Source of the DNA: Candidatus Woesearchaeota archaeon
GTDB lineage: Archaea; Nanobdellota; Nanobdellia; Nanobdellales; Nanobdellaceae
Direction: 5' to 3'
DNA: 6,908 nucleotides
Assembly (NCBI GenBank): GCA_964468425.1
Contig: CAYXSZ010000048.1
Span: 1 to 6,908, forward strand
Position numbers and translations under genes: made by a program. Each line of letters starts with the position of its first letter. Position 1 is the stretch's first letter. The notes under the pieces are model-generated. The model made no database searches, had not been told where the DNA came from, and saw nothing but the letters and a program-made list of their open reading frames with translations. This document shows positions 5,682 through 6,908 of the stretch, in pieces.

Positions 5682-5702
5682 CAATTTTCTTCAATAGATC
5701 TT

Positions 5703-5879
5703 ATGTCGGATGGAACCGCTGCAATGGGGAAGAGGAACAAAAGAAATCATATTATCTGTAGACGTTGCGGAAGAAAATCGTTTAATCCAGATAAAAAGAA
5801 GTGCGCCCATTGTGGCTTTGGAAAGAGCTCGAAGATCAGGCAATATTCCTGGTCTTATAAAGCTAAGAGAAAATGGTAG
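5703..5879 (+). CDS. rpl37e: 50S ribosomal protein L37e (eL37), zinc-ribbon protein, 58 aa
   Basis: I found this by hand translation; it is below the ORF-track size cut-off. The sequence is [58 protein letters not shown]. It has the eL37 signature: G-T-x-S/A-x-GK-x-N-x-x-x-H, then C-R-R-C-G and C-x-x-CG (a 4-Cys zinc ribbon), then Y-x-W-S-x-KA. The stop TAG at 5877-5879 overlaps the rps5 ATG at 5873 by 7 nt. Confidence 0.9.
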   Translation: MSDGTAAMGKRNKRNHIICRRCGRKSFNPDKKKCAHCGFGKSSKIRQYSWSYKAKRKW

Positions 5880-6622
5880 ATTTAAAGGAAGCTGCTAAGC
5901 AAGAAGAGAAAGCTCTCTCAAGATTGGAACAACAGGAAGTTAATCTAGAGGCTTGGGAACCTAAGACCAAGCTTGGAAAGCTCGTGAAGGAGGGAAAAAT
6001 AACAGATATCGACTACGTCCTCGTAAACGGATATAGAATCCTCGAACCCGAGATCGTAGACTTTCTCTTGCCTGGCTTGAAGATAGAGTTCATAAAGCTC
6101 GCTCTCTCTGGTGGTAAGTTTAGAAGGCCTAAGCTCGTTAAAATTGTTAAGAGAAGAACCGCTGAAGGTAATGTTCCTTCCTGGATTGCTATGGCGGTGG
6201 TGGGTGATGAAAACGGTCACGTTGGAGTTGGAACTGGAAAAGCACCGGATGTCCAAAGAGCGATGGAAAAAGCTGTTAGAAATGCTAAACTAAATATTAT
6301 TTCCATTTTAAGAGGTTGCGGATCTTGGGAGTGCGCGTGCGGACGACCGCATTCAATCCCATTCAAAGTTGTAGGGAAGCGAGGTTCTGTGAAGGTTCAG
6401 TTACTCCCAGCGCCGATGGGAGTTAACTTGGTTGCTCCGGATGAGGTAAAAAAAGTTTTAAGACTTGCAGGAATTAAAGACATTTGGATGCAATCTTACG
6501 GACAGACTAGGAGGAGACTCAACTTCATCGGAGCAGTCTTCGAAGCCTTGAAGCAACTATCTCTCGTAAGAGTACACCCGGCTTATTTAGAGGTTTCTGG
6601 ACTCAAGCTTGGAAAAGTATAA
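5873..6622 (+). CDS. rps5: 30S ribosomal protein S5 (uS5)
   Basis: The 249-aa protein contains W[15 protein letters not shown], [24 protein letters not shown], the archaeal [34 protein letters not shown] segment, and LAGIKDIW. Confidence 0.95.
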   Translation: MVDLKEAAKQEEKALSRLEQQEVNLEAWEPKTKLGKLVKEGKITDIDYVLVNGYRILEPEIVDFLLPGLKIEFIKLALSGGKFRRPKLVKIVKRRTAEGNVPSWIAMAVVGDENGHVGVGTGKAPDVQRAMEKAVRNAKLNIISILRGCGSWECACGRPHSIPFKVVGKRGSVKVQLLPAPMGVNLVAPDEVKKVLRLAGIKDIWMQSYGQTRRRLNFIGAVFEALKQLSLVRVHPAYLEVSGLKLGKV

Positions 6623-6623
6623 G

Positions 6624-6908
6624 ATGGAGCGCTCCAAAAGGTTAGTCGTAATCCGAATTAGAGGAACCGTAGAAGCCTCCCAAAAAGTCATAGACACCTT
6701 AAACCTTCTGAGACTTAGAAAAACGAACACTGCAGTAATAATCGACGATAGACCAGATTTTATTGGAATGATTAAGAAGGTCGAGCCCTGGATCGCTTGG
6801 GGAGAGATTTCTCCAGAAACGTTCAAGAAGCTCTTGCTAAAGCGCGGAAGACTCGAGGGTGATAAGAGAATATCTGAAGAATATATCAAAGAAAACCTAG
6901 GATGCTCG
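6624..6908 (+). CDS. rpl30: 50S ribosomal protein L30 (uL30), N-terminal 95 codons; continues past the window end
   Basis: I found this by hand translation; it is open-ended and therefore not in the ORF track. The sequence is MERSKRLVVIRIRGTVEASQKVIDTLNLLRLRKTNTAVIIDDRPDFIGMIKKVEPWIAWGEISPETFKKLLLKRGRLEGDKRISEEYIKENLGCS. It fits the archaeal uL30 pattern: vIRIRG, then TL..LRL, then n-x-aV, then GMl.KV, then tWGEi, then LL.KRGRl. The ATG lies 1 nt after the rps5 stop, in the conserved rps5-rpl30 order. Confidence 0.9.
   Translation, partial: MERSKRLVVIRIRGTVEASQKVIDTLNLLRLRKTNTAVIIDDRPDFIGMIKKVEPWIAWGEISPETFKKLLLKRGRLEGDKRISEEYIKENLGCS

Noticed and set aside
5653-5694. The 14-codon N-terminal extension of rpl10e in the ORF track ([14 protein letters not shown]-).
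   Set aside because: The extension would contain the TATA box (5674-5681). Archaeal uL16 proteins begin MA(R/L)(K/R)P, which is exactly what the Met at 5652 gives.
5710-5898. Track ORF, 62 aa, plus strand ([19 protein letters not shown]...).
   Set aside because: It lies in an alternative frame over the clearly recognisable rpl37e (5703-5879) and the start of rps5. It has no recognisable motifs, so I treat it as a decoy.
4116-6293. Track ORFs antisense to or out of frame within alba/rps17e, rpl10e and rps5: 4116-4322 (+), 4148-4408 (+), 5482-5697 (+), 5945-6256 (-), 6111-6293 (+).
   Set aside because: They are fully embedded in confidently identified conserved genes, with no supporting motifs or signals.
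6587-6889. Track ORF, 100 aa, minus strand.
   Set aside because: It is antisense to the open-ended but unmistakable rpl30 reading frame (6624-6908). Its Ser/Leu/Phe-rich composition is typical of antisense translation of a Lys/Glu-rich gene.
1-6908. Scan for CRISPR repeats, tRNA T-loop/anticodon-arm signatures, rRNA, and transposase, integrase, toxin-antitoxin or defence-gene motifs.
   Set aside because: I found no regularly spaced direct repeats and no GTTCRAATC-type T-arm outside coding sequence. The TTCGAAT strings at about 2470-2480 and 2740-2755 are inside nop5 and the 65-aa ORF. No ORF carries such motifs.

Overview
This is archaeal chromosomal DNA. GC is roughly 40% by eye, the proteins are Lys/Glu/Ile-rich, and eS17, eL37, Alba and fibrillarin/Nop5 are archaeal/eukaryal markers. 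The window is almost saturated with translation and RNA-modification housekeeping genes in tightly packed units. (i) On the + strand, the 3' end of diphthine synthase overlaps a SpoIIM/DUF95-like membrane protein. (ii) On the - strand: rps10, a 65-aa TM/coiled-coil ORF, nop5, fibrillarin. (iii) On the + strand, a lone 141-aa orphan ORF. (iv) On the - strand: rpl10e and a PAP2 phosphatase, followed by rps17e and alba. (v) On the + strand: rpl37e, rps5, rpl30. Three real genes are missing from the supplied ORF track: the dphB fragment, the 58-aa rpl37e, and the open-ended rpl30. The track ORFs overlapping rpl37e and rpl30 are decoys, and the track start of rpl10e looks 14 codons too long. I saw no CRISPR array, tRNA/rRNA, transposase, integrase or recognisable defence/toxin gene, and I do not see a convincing novel multi-gene system. 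Four things stand out. First, a roughly 890-bp lineage-specific island (3193-4084) holds the orphan ORF, flanked by the only long non-coding stretches in the window. Second, a 65-aa membrane-anchored heptad-repeat protein is translationally coupled between rps10 and nop5. Third, one perfectly palindromic TATA box lies exactly 21 nt from two divergent start codons. Fourth, ribosomal-protein gene order is scrambled in a reduced-genome style. All family assignments come from motif recognition by eye; no searches could be run.
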